From a virus (Duplodnaviria > Heunggongvirae > Uroviricota > Caudoviricetes): a stretch of DNA of 47,560 nucleotides. The notes beneath the pieces were generated by a model. It was not told the DNA's origin and searched no databases. It saw nothing but the letters and a program-made list of their open reading frames with translations. A program made the translations under genes and the position numbers. The stretch lies in IMG/VR virus record IMGVR_UViG_2630968533_000001; one strand, given 5' to 3'. Of the stretch, positions 36,872 through 47,251 are shown one piece after another (positions within the stretch are counted from its first letter, which is position 1; each line of letters starts with the position of its first letter).

Positions 36872-37492
36872 ATGAATGATTTAGAAACATTATTACGTCA
36901 GACTATAAGAGTTGGCGTTGTTTCTGATATTGATGATGGTGATGTTACAGCAAGAGTTACTTTCGATGATCAGGATAACGTCACTTCGGCAAAGTTATCA
37001 GTTATTGTGAAAAATACAGATAAGAATGCTGATTACTGGATGCCAGATATTGGTGAGCAAGTTTTGTGTATCTTTCATCCCGCGGGGCCGCAACAAGGTT
37101 TTATTCTTGGTAGTTTTTATGATGAAACACAGAAGCCGCCATCTAATACTGTTAATAAACGCGTCATTAGATTTAATAACGGAACTCGTATTGAGATAGA
37201 CAGAGAATCTAATTTACTCCTTGTTGATGCTGTCGGAGATGTAACCATTAAGGCTACAGGAACCGTAACTATTGATGCTCCAGAAACCATCATTACCGGA
37301 AATGCTACAGTTGAAGGATTACTAACCTTCAAAGGTGGAATGAAAGGATCTTCTGCTGGAGGTGTTGCAGCTACAATTTCTGGGAATGTTAAGGTTGTTG
37401 GTGGTGATATAGATGTTGATGGGATTAAATCTAAAGGCCACCATCACACAGCTCAGGGGGAATACGCTCCGACAACGGAGGCTCAGGCATGA
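36872..37492 (+). CDS. Baseplate spike protein (gpV-like)
   Basis: ORF track; conserved GEQVL motif and overall resemblance to P2 gpV as recalled. Confidence 0.7.
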   Translation: MNDLETLLRQTIRVGVVSDIDDGDVTARVTFDDQDNVTSAKLSVIVKNTDKNADYWMPDIGEQVLCIFHPAGPQQGFILGSFYDETQKPPSNTVNKRVIRFNNGTRIEIDRESNLLLVDAVGDVTIKATGTVTIDAPETIITGNATVEGLLTFKGGMKGSSAGGVAATISGNVKVVGGDIDVDGIKSKGHHHTAQGEYAPTTEAQA

Positions 37493-37956
37493 TTGTGGGT
37501 ATGCTTGGTACAATGCCTTTTGTTGCCTCATCAATAGTGGTGAATACGTTCAACAATTTTAAAAGGACGTCAAAGCGTCGTGTAGCGCGCCATGATGTTA
37601 TTGGGCTTAAACCTGTTCTGGAGGATATAGGTCCAGATCTGGATGAAGTTAGTTTTAATATGCGGTTGGATACAACACTTGGCATTGTTCCATTGGCTGC
37701 GCTTTCATTACTTAGGACAATGCAATCAATTCAGGAAGTAAATCCTGTTGTAATTGGTATTCAGTATTTTGGTAATTTTATAATTACAGATATAGAGGAA
37801 TCATGGACTTATTTCGGTCCAACTGGGAATCCACGAGTGATTATCGTCGGCATTAAATTACAGGAAGTCGGACAGACCTCTCTGAAAGAAGCATTAGTTG
37901 ATATTGCTGGCAATATAGAGTCAAAAACTAGAAGTGCGTTAGGTAAATTATTATGA
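37489..37956 (+). CDS. Tail/baseplate protein (tentatively gpU-like or Mu gp46-like)
   Basis: ORF track; 155 aa within the baseplate cluster. Confidence 0.4.
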   Translation: MIVGMLGTMPFVASSIVVNTFNNFKRTSKRRVARHDVIGLKPVLEDIGPDLDEVSFNMRLDTTLGIVPLAALSLLRTMQSIQEVNPVVIGIQYFGNFIITDIEESWTYFGPTGNPRVIIVGIKLQEVGQTSLKEALVDIAGNIESKTRSALGKLL

Positions 37957-38273
37957 ATAATACGTTTACCATATCATCACCTTCTTACTCGATTGATTGG
38001 TCGCCCAAAACAGTTGTAGAAGAAGTTTTGCAAAATGTCTCTACTATTATTAATACTCAAATTGGCACTGTACCATATGCCAGAAAATTAGGAATTAATT
38101 CAAGTCTTGTTGATAGCCCTAGTCCAATTTTTATTGCTACAGCAACACGAGAAATAATTCAAAAAATTAGTGAGTTTGAGCCTAGAGCGATTATCCATTC
38201 TGTTACTTTTGAAAGAACGGACGTTTCTGATGGTTTTATTAGGCCAAAACTTGTGATAGGAGTTAGAGAATGA
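37953..38273 (+). CDS. Baseplate wedge protein (gpW/gp25-like)
   Basis: ORF track; 106 aa immediately upstream of the J-like gene. Confidence 0.6.
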   Translation: MNNTFTISSPSYSIDWSPKTVVEEVLQNVSTIINTQIGTVPYARKLGINSSLVDSPSPIFIATATREIIQKISEFEPRAIIHSVTFERTDVSDGFIRPKLVIGVRE

Positions 38274-39394
38274 CGTTGCCGCGTGGTGGTTTGCCAGATA
38301 TTACTTTCGCAGATTCTAACCCGACTGATATAACAACTCGTTCAATCAGGGCTTTTGAGAGTATAACAGGTGAAACATTAGCACCTGCTGATCCACGTAG
38401 ATTATTCATCTTATCATTGTGTGAGATTATTATACAGCAAAGAAAAGCTATCGATTTTTCTGCAAAACAAAACCTTCTTACATATGGTGAAGGTGAATAT
38501 CTCGACCATATAGGCTATCTGACGGATACGCCTAGGCTGGAAGCTCAATCTGCCTTGACTACATTTGAGTTTAATCTGTCAACAAAATTATCGGGGATAT
38601 ATACAATACCTGCTGGCACTCAAGTTTCAACTGGAAATGGTGTTATTTTCCAAACAGATATGTTGTTGGAAATACCTGCTGGGAAAACAGTTGGTACAGT
38701 CTCAGGATATGCTGTTATACCTGGTTTATCTGGGAATGGCTTTTTACCAGGGCAAATAAATGAGTTGGTGACTCCGTTGCCGTATGTTTCCAGAGTAAGG
38801 AATGTAACAACATCTAATTCTGGTGCTGATACGGAGTCAGATGATAATTATGCTGAAAGAATAAAACTGTCGCCGGAAAAACTGTCTACAGCAGGGCCGG
38901 AGGATTCTTATAAATATTGGACAAGAACAGCCAATCAGAATATAAAAGATGTGAATGTATATACACCATCGCCCGGAATTGTAGAAATCCGTTCTTTGTT
39001 AGAGAACGGAGATATACCTTCTGATGAACTATTAGAGCAGATAAATAGCGTTCTCTCTGCAACTAATATTCGACCATTCACAGATAAAGTTCTTGTTAAG
39101 AAACCAGAGAGCATTGAATACGATATAATAATTAAATACTGGATTAACTCATCGGACAAAAACAGAACAACTTTAATTCAAAGTGAGGTTGAGAAAGCTA
39201 TTGATGAGTATAAACAATGGCAACGTTCGGTTATGGGAAGAGATATAAATCCAGATGAAATTATTCAACGTTTAAAAAATGCTGGGGCTAAAAGATTAGA
39301 AATATCAAGTCCTGTTTTTAATGTGGTTGGAGAGACACAGGTCGCCAGAGAGAGAAATATAAATTGCCAGTATGCGGGGTTAGAGGATGGCTGA
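38270..39394 (+). CDS. Baseplate J-like protein
   Basis: ORF track; segment AGPEDSYKYWTRTANQNIKDVNV parallels the P2 gpJ core as recalled. Confidence 0.7.
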   Translation: MTLPRGGLPDITFADSNPTDITTRSIRAFESITGETLAPADPRRLFILSLCEIIIQQRKAIDFSAKQNLLTYGEGEYLDHIGYLTDTPRLEAQSALTTFEFNLSTKLSGIYTIPAGTQVSTGNGVIFQTDMLLEIPAGKTVGTVSGYAVIPGLSGNGFLPGQINELVTPLPYVSRVRNVTTSNSGADTESDDNYAERIKLSPEKLSTAGPEDSYKYWTRTANQNIKDVNVYTPSPGIVEIRSLLENGDIPSDELLEQINSVLSATNIRPFTDKVLVKKPESIEYDIIIKYWINSSDKNRTTLIQSEVEKAIDEYKQWQRSVMGRDINPDEIIQRLKNAGAKRLEISSPVFNVVGETQVARERNINCQYAGLEDG

Positions 39395-39968
39395 TATCTT
39401 TAATGTTAGCTTGTTGGATGTTTTACCTCCTAACTTAGCTAGCGATCCCAACGTGATAGCTATGTCGAAAGCTATTGATGATGAACTACAAGCAATTAAC
39501 AATTTAATATATAAGACAGAAATATATAGCGTTGTTGATAACCTGGACTCAGTTGTTCTCGATCATTTAGCTTGGCAATGGAATGCTGATACATGGAGGG
39601 ATAGTTGGCCTGTATCGTTAAAGCGTTCTGTTTTTAAATCAATAATACGAACAAAGCGAATAAAGGGTACAAGGGCAGCGGTTGAAGATGTAGTAAATAG
39701 CTTGGGTGGAGAGGTAAACATAACAGAATGGTTTGAAACATCACCACCTGGCGAACCATATACAGCCTCAATTGTTGCTTCGATTAACTCTTTTGATGGT
39801 GCTGTTCCTTCGAAAGAGATGTTGGAGGATACGTTAAGAAGTATCAAGAGTGCAAAGTCGGCAAGAACACTATTTACATTTTCGCAAGCAACCAATGTTT
39901 CAGGTGGTGTTGGTATTGTCGGTGCTTTCCAGCCTGTGTCTTATGTACGATTAATTGGTGAGTGCTAA
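39387..39968 (+). CDS. Tail protein I-like (P2 gpI family)
   Basis: ORF track; LDHLAWQWNADTWRDSWP ... NITEWFETSPPGEPY closely parallels P2 gpI motifs as recalled. Confidence 0.7.
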   Translation: MADIFNVSLLDVLPPNLASDPNVIAMSKAIDDELQAINNLIYKTEIYSVVDNLDSVVLDHLAWQWNADTWRDSWPVSLKRSVFKSIIRTKRIKGTRAAVEDVVNSLGGEVNITEWFETSPPGEPYTASIVASINSFDGAVPSKEMLEDTLRSIKSAKSARTLFTFSQATNVSGGVGIVGAFQPVSYVRLIGEC

Positions 39969-39998
39969 TTTGCGATTTGTTAATCCAAGGAATTAAGC

Positions 39999-42845
39999 GT
40001 GAGTAAATTATTATTTACGATGACTGACGCCGGGCGTAAGGCGCTGGTTAATGCCAACAAGACTGGAACAAATAAAGTTGAGATCGTTTCTGTTGGTTTA
40101 GGTAGTAGATATTATGCCACATCAACCACACAAACAAAAATAACAGATGAAATAAAGCGACTTACCACAATAGGAGGCAAAGTCGTTTCTCCTGATACCA
40201 TTCATGTAACTGCGAAGGATGATAGTAAAGATGAGTATGTTGTCCATACAATAGGTTTGTATACAAATAAAGGAACATTGTTTGCTGTATACTCGCAAGA
40301 ACAAGTAATAATAAATAAAGCATCTTCTACAATTGCTTTAATATCAAGTGATATAGCAATTAAAAATCTTGATACTAAAAACATTACATTTGGTGATGTT
40401 GAGTTTATTAACCCTCCCGCAACCGAAACTGTTGTTGGAGTAGCAAGATTTGCTAATGAACAAGAAATTGATGCAGGTACAGATGATTCCCTGGCTGTTT
40501 CAGCAAAGCGGCTTAAGCAAGCTATTGTAAAACATGAGCAATCACGTAATCATCCTGATGCAACTTTAACATCAAAAGGCATTGTTCAACTCAGTAATGC
40601 CACCAATAGCACGTCTGAAAAGCTCGCAGCGACGCCTAAGGCTGTTAAGGCTGCATATGACCTGGCTAACGCTAAATACACCGCACAGGACGCTACCACG
40701 GCGCGAAAAGGGATTGTTCAGCTCAGTAGTGCCACTAACAGTACGTCTGAAACGCAGGCGGCAACGCCAAAAGCGGTCAAGGCAGCAAATGACAACGCAA
40801 ATTCACGTCTGGCGAAAAATCAGAACGGTGCAGATATCCAGGATAAATCAGCTTTTCTGGACAATGTTGGCGTTACCAGCCTGACGTTTATGAAAAACAA
40901 TGGCGAAATGCCGCTTGATGCTGATCTGAATACGTTTGGTCCTGTTAAGGCTTATTCAGGTATCTGGTCTAAAGCAACATCCACCAACGCAACACTGGAG
41001 AAAAATTTCCCGGAAGATAATGCTGTCGGTGTGCTTGAGGTTTTTGCTGCCGGCAATTTTGCAGGTACGCAACGCTTTACCACGAGAGACGGCAATGTAT
41101 ACATGCGTAAACTCGCCAATAAGTGGAATGGCACTGATGGTCCGTGGGGCGTATGGCGTCACACTCAATCTGCTACCCGCCCTTTGAGTACGACTATAGA
41201 CCTGAATACGCTTGGAGCCGCCGAGCATCTTGGTTTATGGCGTAACAGTAGCTCAGCTATAGCTTCATATGAACGCAATTATCCAGAGGAAGGCGGCTTT
41301 GCTCAGGGGATGCTTGAGATCCTCGAAGGCGGAAATTATGGAAGAACGCAACGTTATACCACTCGCCGTGGAAATATGTATGTCCGCTGTCTTGCGGCAA
41401 GCTGGGATGCATCAAATCCGCAGTGGGAACCGTGGTTAAGAGTCGGTCATCAGTCAGAGAGTCGTTATTACGACGGTGATTTGAATGATGTAACCTCACC
41501 AGGTATTTACAGCGTTACAGGTAAAGCGACCAACGGTCCAATACTGGACGGAAACGGCGTGACAGTCCTCGGTATTCTGGAGGTGTTGAGGCGCTTTGAT
41601 GGTGTTAATGTATGGCAGCGTTATACAACTGCCGGAACAGGTACAACCCTTAAAGGCCGCACCTTTGAGCGCGTCTTTACCGGCAGCTCATGGAGCGAAT
41701 GGCGGGAAGTCTACACCTCGTATTCACTTCCCCTGAATCTGGGTATCGGCGGTGCTGTGGCAAAGCTCACCAGCCTGGACTGGCAGACCTACGATTTTGT
41801 GCCGGGCAGTCTGATAACCGTTCGGCTTGATAACATGACCAATATTCCCGACGGTATGGACTGGGGCGTCATTGATGGCAACCTGATAAACATCTCAGTC
41901 GGTCCGAGTGATGATTCTGGTTCGGGACGCTCAATGCATGTATGGCGCAGCACTGTAAGTAAAGCCAACTACCGCTTTTTTATGGTTCGCATTTCAGGAA
42001 ATCCGGGAAGCCGCACGATCACGACAAGACGTGTGCCAATTATCGACGAAGCTCAGACATGGATGGCGAAACAGACATTCAGCGGTGGTCTTTCAGGCGA
42101 ACTATCCGGCAATGCTGCTACAGCAACAAAGCTGAAAACGGCAAGGACAATTAACGGCGTAAAATTTGACGGCTCGGCAAATATTGAAGCGTTTCCGCCA
42201 GGTGTTCCGCTGCCGTGGCCATCAGATACGCCACCTGCAGGTTATGCAATCATGCTGGGGCAGACGTTTGATAAGGCAGCATATCCGAAACTGGCTATTG
42301 CCTATCCTTCTGGTGTTATTCCAGATATGCGCGGCTGGACAATCAAGGGCAAACCCGCCAGTGGTCGGGCCGTATTGTCTCAGGAACAGGATGGCATTAA
42401 ATCGCACACCCACAGTGCCAGCGCATCCAATACGGATTTGGGTACGAAAACCACATCGTCGTTTGATTACGGTACTAAATCAACGAATAACACAGGTGCA
42501 CATACCCATAATGTATCTGGTACTGCAAATAGTGCTGGCGCACATACTCATACCGTTCCATTAAGGAGACCAAACAGTGGCGGTATGAATTTCGACTGGC
42601 TGGATGGTTCATCAAGTGGCACGGTGGTGGGGAATGGAACTGTGCCTTCTTCTGGCGCACATACCCACTCAGTATCAGGTACCGCTACAAGTGCTGGGGC
42701 ACATGCACACACTGTTGGTATTGGCGCTCATACGCACTCTGTTGCGATTGGTTCACATGGACACACCATCACCGTTAACGCTGCTGGTAACGCGGAAAAC
42801 ACCGTTAAAAACATCGCATTTAATTATATTGTGAGGCTTGCATAA
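39999..42845 (+). CDS. Tail fibre protein (948 aa; GTG start)
   Basis: ORF track; duplicated collar motif [21 protein letters not shown]; His-rich C-terminal GAHTH repeats; followed by Tfa. Confidence 0.85.
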   Translation: MSKLLFTMTDAGRKALVNANKTGTNKVEIVSVGLGSRYYATSTTQTKITDEIKRLTTIGGKVVSPDTIHVTAKDDSKDEYVVHTIGLYTNKGTLFAVYSQEQVIINKASSTIALISSDIAIKNLDTKNITFGDVEFINPPATETVVGVARFANEQEIDAGTDDSLAVSAKRLKQAIVKHEQSRNHPDATLTSKGIVQLSNATNSTSEKLAATPKAVKAAYDLANAKYTAQDATTARKGIVQLSSATNSTSETQAATPKAVKAANDNANSRLAKNQNGADIQDKSAFLDNVGVTSLTFMKNNGEMPLDADLNTFGPVKAYSGIWSKATSTNATLEKNFPEDNAVGVLEVFAAGNFAGTQRFTTRDGNVYMRKLANKWNGTDGPWGVWRHTQSATRPLSTTIDLNTLGAAEHLGLWRNSSSAIASYERNYPEEGGFAQGMLEILEGGNYGRTQRYTTRRGNMYVRCLAASWDASNPQWEPWLRVGHQSESRYYDGDLNDVTSPGIYSVTGKATNGPILDGNGVTVLGILEVLRRFDGVNVWQRYTTAGTGTTLKGRTFERVFTGSSWSEWREVYTSYSLPLNLGIGGAVAKLTSLDWQTYDFVPGSLITVRLDNMTNIPDGMDWGVIDGNLINISVGPSDDSGSGRSMHVWRSTVSKANYRFFMVRISGNPGSRTITTRRVPIIDEAQTWMAKQTFSGGLSGELSGNAATATKLKTARTINGVKFDGSANIEAFPPGVPLPWPSDTPPAGYAIMLGQTFDKAAYPKLAIAYPSGVIPDMRGWTIKGKPASGRAVLSQEQDGIKSHTHSASASNTDLGTKTTSSFDYGTKSTNNTGAHTHNVSGTANSAGAHTHTVPLRRPNSGGMNFDWLDGSSSGTVVGNGTVPSSGAHTHSVSGTATSAGAHAHTVGIGAHTHSVAIGSHGHTITVNAAGNAENTVKNIAFNYIVRLA

Positions 42846-43462
42846 TGGCATTCAGAATGAGTGAACAATCACGTACCGTAAAAATTTATAACCTGCTGGC
42901 CGGAACTAATGAGTTTATTGGTGAAGGTGACGCATATATTCCACCTCATACAGGGCTGCCAGCTAATTCTACAGATATCGCCCCACCGGAAATTCCTGCT
43001 GGCTTTGTGGCAGTTTTTAACAGTGAAAATGAATCGTGGAATATTGTTGAAGACCATCGTGGTAAAACGGTCTATGACGTGGCGTCGGGGGACGCATTGT
43101 TTATTTCTGAACTCGGACCGCTACCAGAGAATGTCACCTGGTTGTCGCCAGCAGGGGAGTATCAGAAGTGGGACGGCGTATCCTGGGTGAATGATGAGGA
43201 AGCAGAAAAACTGTTTCGGATACGGGAAGCGGAAGAGAAAAAGGCAAGGTTGATCCAGGAAGCAACAGATAACATCGCAATTCTGCAGGATGCAGTTAAT
43301 CTTGAAATAGCAACAAACGAGGAAAATTCACAACTGGATTCCTGGAGAAAATACAGAGTATTAGTGAGTAGAATTGACACCAGTACAGCTCCGGATATCG
43401 TATGGCCAGAGCTGATGAATCAGGGTTATGTTCGGGAGGACGAGCAGATAACTTCAGACTGA
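42845..43462 (+). CDS. Tail fibre assembly protein (Tfa)
   Basis: ORF track; 205 aa immediately after the fibre gene. Confidence 0.75.
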   Translation: MAFRMSEQSRTVKIYNLLAGTNEFIGEGDAYIPPHTGLPANSTDIAPPEIPAGFVAVFNSENESWNIVEDHRGKTVYDVASGDALFISELGPLPENVTWLSPAGEYQKWDGVSWVNDEEAEKLFRIREAEEKKARLIQEATDNIAILQDAVNLEIATNEENSQLDSWRKYRVLVSRIDTSTAPDIVWPELMNQGYVREDEQITSD

Positions 43463-43989
43463 AATTTAGTGATGAATGTTGAATCATCAGGAATATCATG
43501 CAATACCAATGCATGAGCACCTATTGTGACATTGTTTCCTATACGCACTTTGCCACCAAGAATGGTGGCATTACAACCAATGGTCACATTATGCCCTATA
43601 ACAATATCCATATCATTAAATTCCCCGCGAAGTCCAATAGTTACTCCGGGCTTAATTGAACAATTTTCACCGATTGTTACTTTGTGACCGATAACAACAC
43701 TGTTGAGATAAGAAATATCAAAGCCTTTCCCTATATTTACAGTTAAAGGGACTGTTACATTATATTTATCAAGAATGAAACGTTCTATTTTTCCCGCAAT
43801 CTTCCGACAGTATCCGCCTTTATCAAAAAGGTATTTGGCTATGCGCCACCAAAATAAATAACGAACCCTTCTATGTTTTATTGCGCGAACAATTGCCTTT
43901 CGCCAGGAGAAAGGACGCTCGCTACCGATTACTTCATAGTGAATACAGTCTTTAAGTTCATTAATATTCATATCTTTATTATTCAGCAT
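43426..43989 (-). CDS. Hexapeptide-repeat (left-handed beta-helix) acetyltransferase, CysE/WcaB-like
   Basis: ORF track; repeated [LIV]-G-x-x-x-x-I-G hexapeptides ([49 protein letters not shown]); convergent, 3' end overlaps Tfa by about 37 nt; AT-rich. Confidence 0.75.
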   Translation of the reverse strand: MLNNKDMNINELKDCIHYEVIGSERPFSWRKAIVRAIKHRRVRYLFWWRIAKYLFDKGGYCRKIAGKIERFILDKYNVTVPLTVNIGKGFDISYLNSVVIGHKVTIGENCSIKPGVTIGLRGEFNDMDIVIGHNVTIGCNATILGGKVRIGNNVTIGAHALVLHDIPDDSTFITKFQSEVICSSSRT

Positions 43990-44469
43990 AAGATAATCAT
44001 GTGACCAATTATTGTAATAATTTTAATGGTATGTTTCTACTGGCTATCCAGCGTGTCTGATACCCAGTAACAAATCGTTAACACAGGTGCAATCAAATGG
44101 TGAGTGTTAAGACTGGCCACTTATTACCAGGTATGAGGGTATGAGTGGCCAGCATTAAATCAGAACAGCCCTTTAACTGAACTGGCCGCGCTGTTAAGGG
44201 ATGATGTCACCTTATCTTTGAAGCCGGACAGCATATTGCTGAACGATGAGTTTACCGCAGGTTTCTGGCTGGGAATCATTGACTGGAGTTAGGCCAGTAG
44301 TATGATGCTCGCAAAACGAGATCCAATTTAGATCCTTTTACTGGTGGATTATCGTTCGATCAGTGAGAGACTTCGTGCATGACCGAAAGTGTTGTGGTAG
44401 AGTTCTCTTAAAACCACGTAACGTGGTTATGATTGTGGGTGTCTGGTTGGAAAGTGACCAGATATGGAA

Positions 44470-44590
44470 ACAAAAAGCCCGCAGATAAATCTGCGGGCTT
44501 CTTGCGACATCCACGGAAAACCAACAATTAACCATGGGCGCCTCGACAACTCCCATTATACGTTGGTTTTCCGTGGACGCAAGAGCGAAC
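44470..44590 (-). ncRNA. CopA-like antisense RNA region (copy-control hairpins in the repA leader)
   Basis: On the minus strand: long stem-loop (44510-44577, arms TCCACGGAAAACCAAC / GTTGGTTTTCCGTGGA) followed by hairpin GCCCGCAG-ATTTA-CTGCGGGC and U-run (44471-44499), the architecture of IncFII CopA antisense RNAs. Confidence 0.45.
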
Positions 44591-44592
44591 AT

Positions 44593-45441
44593 ATGGATAG
44601 ACCAATGCCGTCTCTACGTTCAGCTTACGTTTGTAATTTGTCGCCGGAGTTCCAGCCTCCAAAGCACCATACGCACAAGCTGCCGCTGGTGTTATCTGAT
44701 GCTTTACAGCGCATTAATGGGCGTGATCTTACGTGTGAGGTTGCGTTCTACGTTAATCAACCGTCAGAGCGGAAGCGCCGGATAAACGAGCATCGTCGTC
44801 GGGCGATTAATGCTGTGATCGCTGCGATTTTGCACCATGTAAACATCATTTCTAAGCGGGTTCTGGCCAGTGCTGAGGCGTTGGCTGATTTTTGCGGCCT
44901 GTCTACCGTATCCGAAGCTGGGAACAAGTCTATAACACGCTGTACAAGGGCGTTGTCGCAACTGAAAGCGTTAGGTTTTATTGATTATGAACGTCGCTGG
45001 GATCGGGTGAATAAACAGTATTGGCCAGCGAAAATAGAGATTCGTGATCAACTGCTGGAAACCGTTGGTATTACTGAACAAGCATGGAGACGTGCGGTTA
45101 GCCAGAAACTTAATTACTTCAATGCGAAGAATAGCGAACGGCTTAAAAAAGCGATAACGGAGGCTGATTATAAGCGTATTGTTATTCAGGAGCAGATGGA
45201 GAATGTATGGCGTCAGAGGAAGACGGCCAGAGAGATAAAGGCAAAACAGAAAGCAGCGGAGAGAGCTGCGCGTCTTGTTCGGGAAAAGGGAGAGGCCGAA
45301 CTTCGTCATCAAATCACTAGAGAGGTTAGCCAGGAATTTGCTGATGGCATGTATCCTGGAGCTGACCTTGCATATTTACGATCCCTCGTTGAGCAGCGTT
45401 ATAACAGGTTAAGAAAGACCTGGAAATCACTCCAACATTAA
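44593..45441 (+). CDS. repA: Replication initiator RepA (IncFII RepA1-like)
   Basis: ORF track ORF 44464-45441; core CGLSTVSEAGNKSITRCTRALSQLKALGFIDYE recalled as close to R100/R1 RepA1; start placed at ATG 44593 to match the ~285-aa length of RepA1. Confidence 0.75.
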   Translation: MDRPMPSLRSAYVCNLSPEFQPPKHHTHKLPLVLSDALQRINGRDLTCEVAFYVNQPSERKRRINEHRRRAINAVIAAILHHVNIISKRVLASAEALADFCGLSTVSEAGNKSITRCTRALSQLKALGFIDYERRWDRVNKQYWPAKIEIRDQLLETVGITEQAWRRAVSQKLNYFNAKNSERLKKAITEADYKRIVIQEQMENVWRQRKTAREIKAKQKAAERAARLVREKGEAELRHQITREVSQEFADGMYPGADLAYLRSLVEQRYNRLRKTWKSLQH

Positions 45442-45479
45442 CCCACCTGAATGATGAATCCGGTTTTACCGGAGGATTA

Positions 45480-45700
45480 TCTACGTCGCAATAAAACATC
45501 TGTTCAAAAAACAATCTAAATTAATTTTCTCTAAACCTGAACACAGCAAAAATATCGCCTTTACAGGCATCGGCTAATAAAGTTATCCACAGTTTTGATA
45601 TGTATATGCAAATGGTTTTTTATAATAGATGCACTAAACAAATAAATGCAAAATCACTTTCTTTTATTAAGACTTTCTTTATTTAACTTACGCAGGCTTT
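45480..45700. promoter_or_regulatory. Putative origin region with DnaA box TTATCCACA (45583-45591) and AT-rich tract
   Basis: Perfect DnaA-box consensus directly downstream of repA followed by about 100 bp of AT-rich sequence, as in IncFII oriR layouts. Confidence 0.45.
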
Positions 45701-45910
45701 GCCTGTGAATATGTTCGCCCTTGCAGCGAGCTAAAGCTCGCGCCGGTTCGAGTCGCTACGCTCAAATATACCTCCTCCGGCACTTGCCGGAGGCATGGAG
45801 CAGCCTGATCATCCTTTTCGAAACGGCGCGTTTCGAACTATACAAAATCAATTTATATAAGGCCGAAATAAGGCCTACGGCCGGGCTTTGCAGGAGGAAG
45901 GGGCGAGCCT
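45700..45910. repeat. Cluster of five short GC-rich hairpins
   Basis: Perfect short inverted repeats caggc/gcctg, gcgagc/gctcgc, ctccggca/tgccggag, cgaaacg/cgtttcg, aggcc/ggcct within 200 bp. Confidence 0.35.
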
Positions 45911-46072
45911 TATCAATAAACGTCGATAAATACGCACACAGTAGCCATCAGAACGCGATAAAACGTAAGAAACATCATTTCCTATTAGACATAGAAAACT
46001 TGTCTTATACGCAATGTAGTAAATTTCTATTGCCACATAGGAAAAGATTTCCTACCATCGTAGATATAATAA

Positions 46073-46372
46073 ATGGAGATGGTTATGGATAAAGATACTG
46101 TTTTAAAAATGTTGAATCCGGCTTGTTTAAAAAAAGCGGATGAATGGGAATCTCCTACATGTGGAGAAGTTCGGGCAGTCATTGGCCTGACCGGAATGAG
46201 CGGCTCGCAGTTAGCCAAAAAACTAGGCTTAAAAGATAGTCGCAATGTTCGCAACTGGCAGATGTTAAAGGAGTCCACATCCAGATCCAGCATTCCGTAT
46301 GCAGCCTGGGCGCTGCTGTGTTACTTCGCTGGGTTAGGGTTAATCTTCATTGATAACAAAACAGATGTTTGA
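46073..46372 (+). CDS. Putative HTH DNA-binding protein with hydrophobic C-terminus (99 aa)
   Basis: ORF track; GEVRAVIGLTGMSGSQLAKKLGLKDSRNVRNWQ resembles an HTH. Confidence 0.45.
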   Translation: MEMVMDKDTVLKMLNPACLKKADEWESPTCGEVRAVIGLTGMSGSQLAKKLGLKDSRNVRNWQMLKESTSRSSIPYAAWALLCYFAGLGLIFIDNKTDV

Positions 46373-46659
46373 AACATGCAAATATGAGGTTTGTTATGGA
46401 ACTTGTACGCAAAACACGCAAAGAGTTCTTGGACCTGTATCGCATGGGAGCTTTCACTTGTGTTGTGGCTACCCAGGACGAAGTGACAAAAAGCTGGCGG
46501 CTTTTTGCTCTCAATAAAAAAGGGATTGCCGTTTTCATTGAAAAAGCCCGTGGTGGTATCCGCGAATGGGCGGGATTGAATTATGTGGCTGATTTTTGCG
46601 CAGCTATGGGGATTCGTCGCTGGGAAGTCCATATGCCAGGAGTAAAGTCACAAAAATAG
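46369..46659 (+). CDS. Hypothetical protein (96 aa)
   Basis: ORF track; coupled to the upstream gene. Confidence 0.45.
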   Translation: MKHANMRFVMELVRKTRKEFLDLYRMGAFTCVVATQDEVTKSWRLFALNKKGIAVFIEKARGGIREWAGLNYVADFCAAMGIRRWEVHMPGVKSQK

Positions 46660-46897
46660 GACTTTCGCGTCGAAAATGAGGCGAAACTGAAAACGAGATT
46701 TCATTAACAAATAAGCAACATAAAAAACGGTGGAAAACGCCCAGGAAAACATGATCTTTTGAGCGGATTTTTTAGATCCGACAATGAACGGTGATCCGGT
46801 GGTGCCGATAACGTCCATTATGTTAAATAGCCCCGTTTTTCTTGAAATTATAACTCACAGGTTATATAGTTAGTGATATAAACTACAGGTTATAGGA

Positions 46898-47251
46898 TTG
46901 AGCATGTGGACGGTACTTTTTAGCCAGCGATTTGACGACTGGCTAAATGAGCAAGAAGACGCTCTTCAGGAAAAGGTTTTGGCTGATTTGAAAAAGCTAC
47001 AGGTTTACGGACCTGAGTTACCCAGGCCATATGCCGATACCGTAAAAGGTTCTCGGTACAAAAATATGAAAGAGCTTCGCGTTCAGTTTTCTGGCCGTCC
47101 GATAAGAGCCTTTTATGCGTTCGATCCGATTCGCCGGGCCATCGTTCTTTGTGCAGGAGACAAAAGTAACGATAAGCGGTTTTATGAAAAACTGGTGCGT
47201 ATAGCTGAGGATGAGTTTGCAGCACATCTGAACACACTGGAGAGCAAGTAA
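46898..47251 (+). CDS. RelE/ParE-superfamily toxin (HigB-like gene order)
   Basis: ORF track; KELRVQFSGRPIRAFYAFDPIRRAIVLCAGDKSNDKRFYE matches the addiction-module killer signature as recalled; toxin gene precedes the antitoxin. Confidence 0.7.
   Translation: MSMWTVLFSQRFDDWLNEQEDALQEKVLADLKKLQVYGPELPRPYADTVKGSRYKNMKELRVQFSGRPIRAFYAFDPIRRAIVLCAGDKSNDKRFYEKLVRIAEDEFAAHLNTLESK

Noticed and set aside
44136-44291. Protein-like 51-codon open stretch (…PALNQNSPLTELAALLRDDVTLSLKPDSILLNDEFTAGFWLGIIDWS) between the acetyltransferase and the replicon
   Set aside because: No start codon in frame and an open stretch of this length is expected by chance; could be a gene remnant but cannot be supported without a database search.
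44464-44592. Upstream in-frame extension of repA (ORF-track start at 44464) and the antisense ORF 44338-44592
   Set aside because: The extension runs through the CopA-like stem-loops and terminator hairpin; starting at ATG 44593 gives a RepA of IncFII RepA1-like length. The minus-strand ORF overlaps the same RNA structures and has no support.
45721-46092. 123-codon + strand ORF spanning the hairpin cluster downstream of repA
   Set aside because: Sequence is dominated by short GC-rich palindromes and AT-rich stretches with no SD or conserved-looking protein features; more consistent with origin-associated structure than coding.
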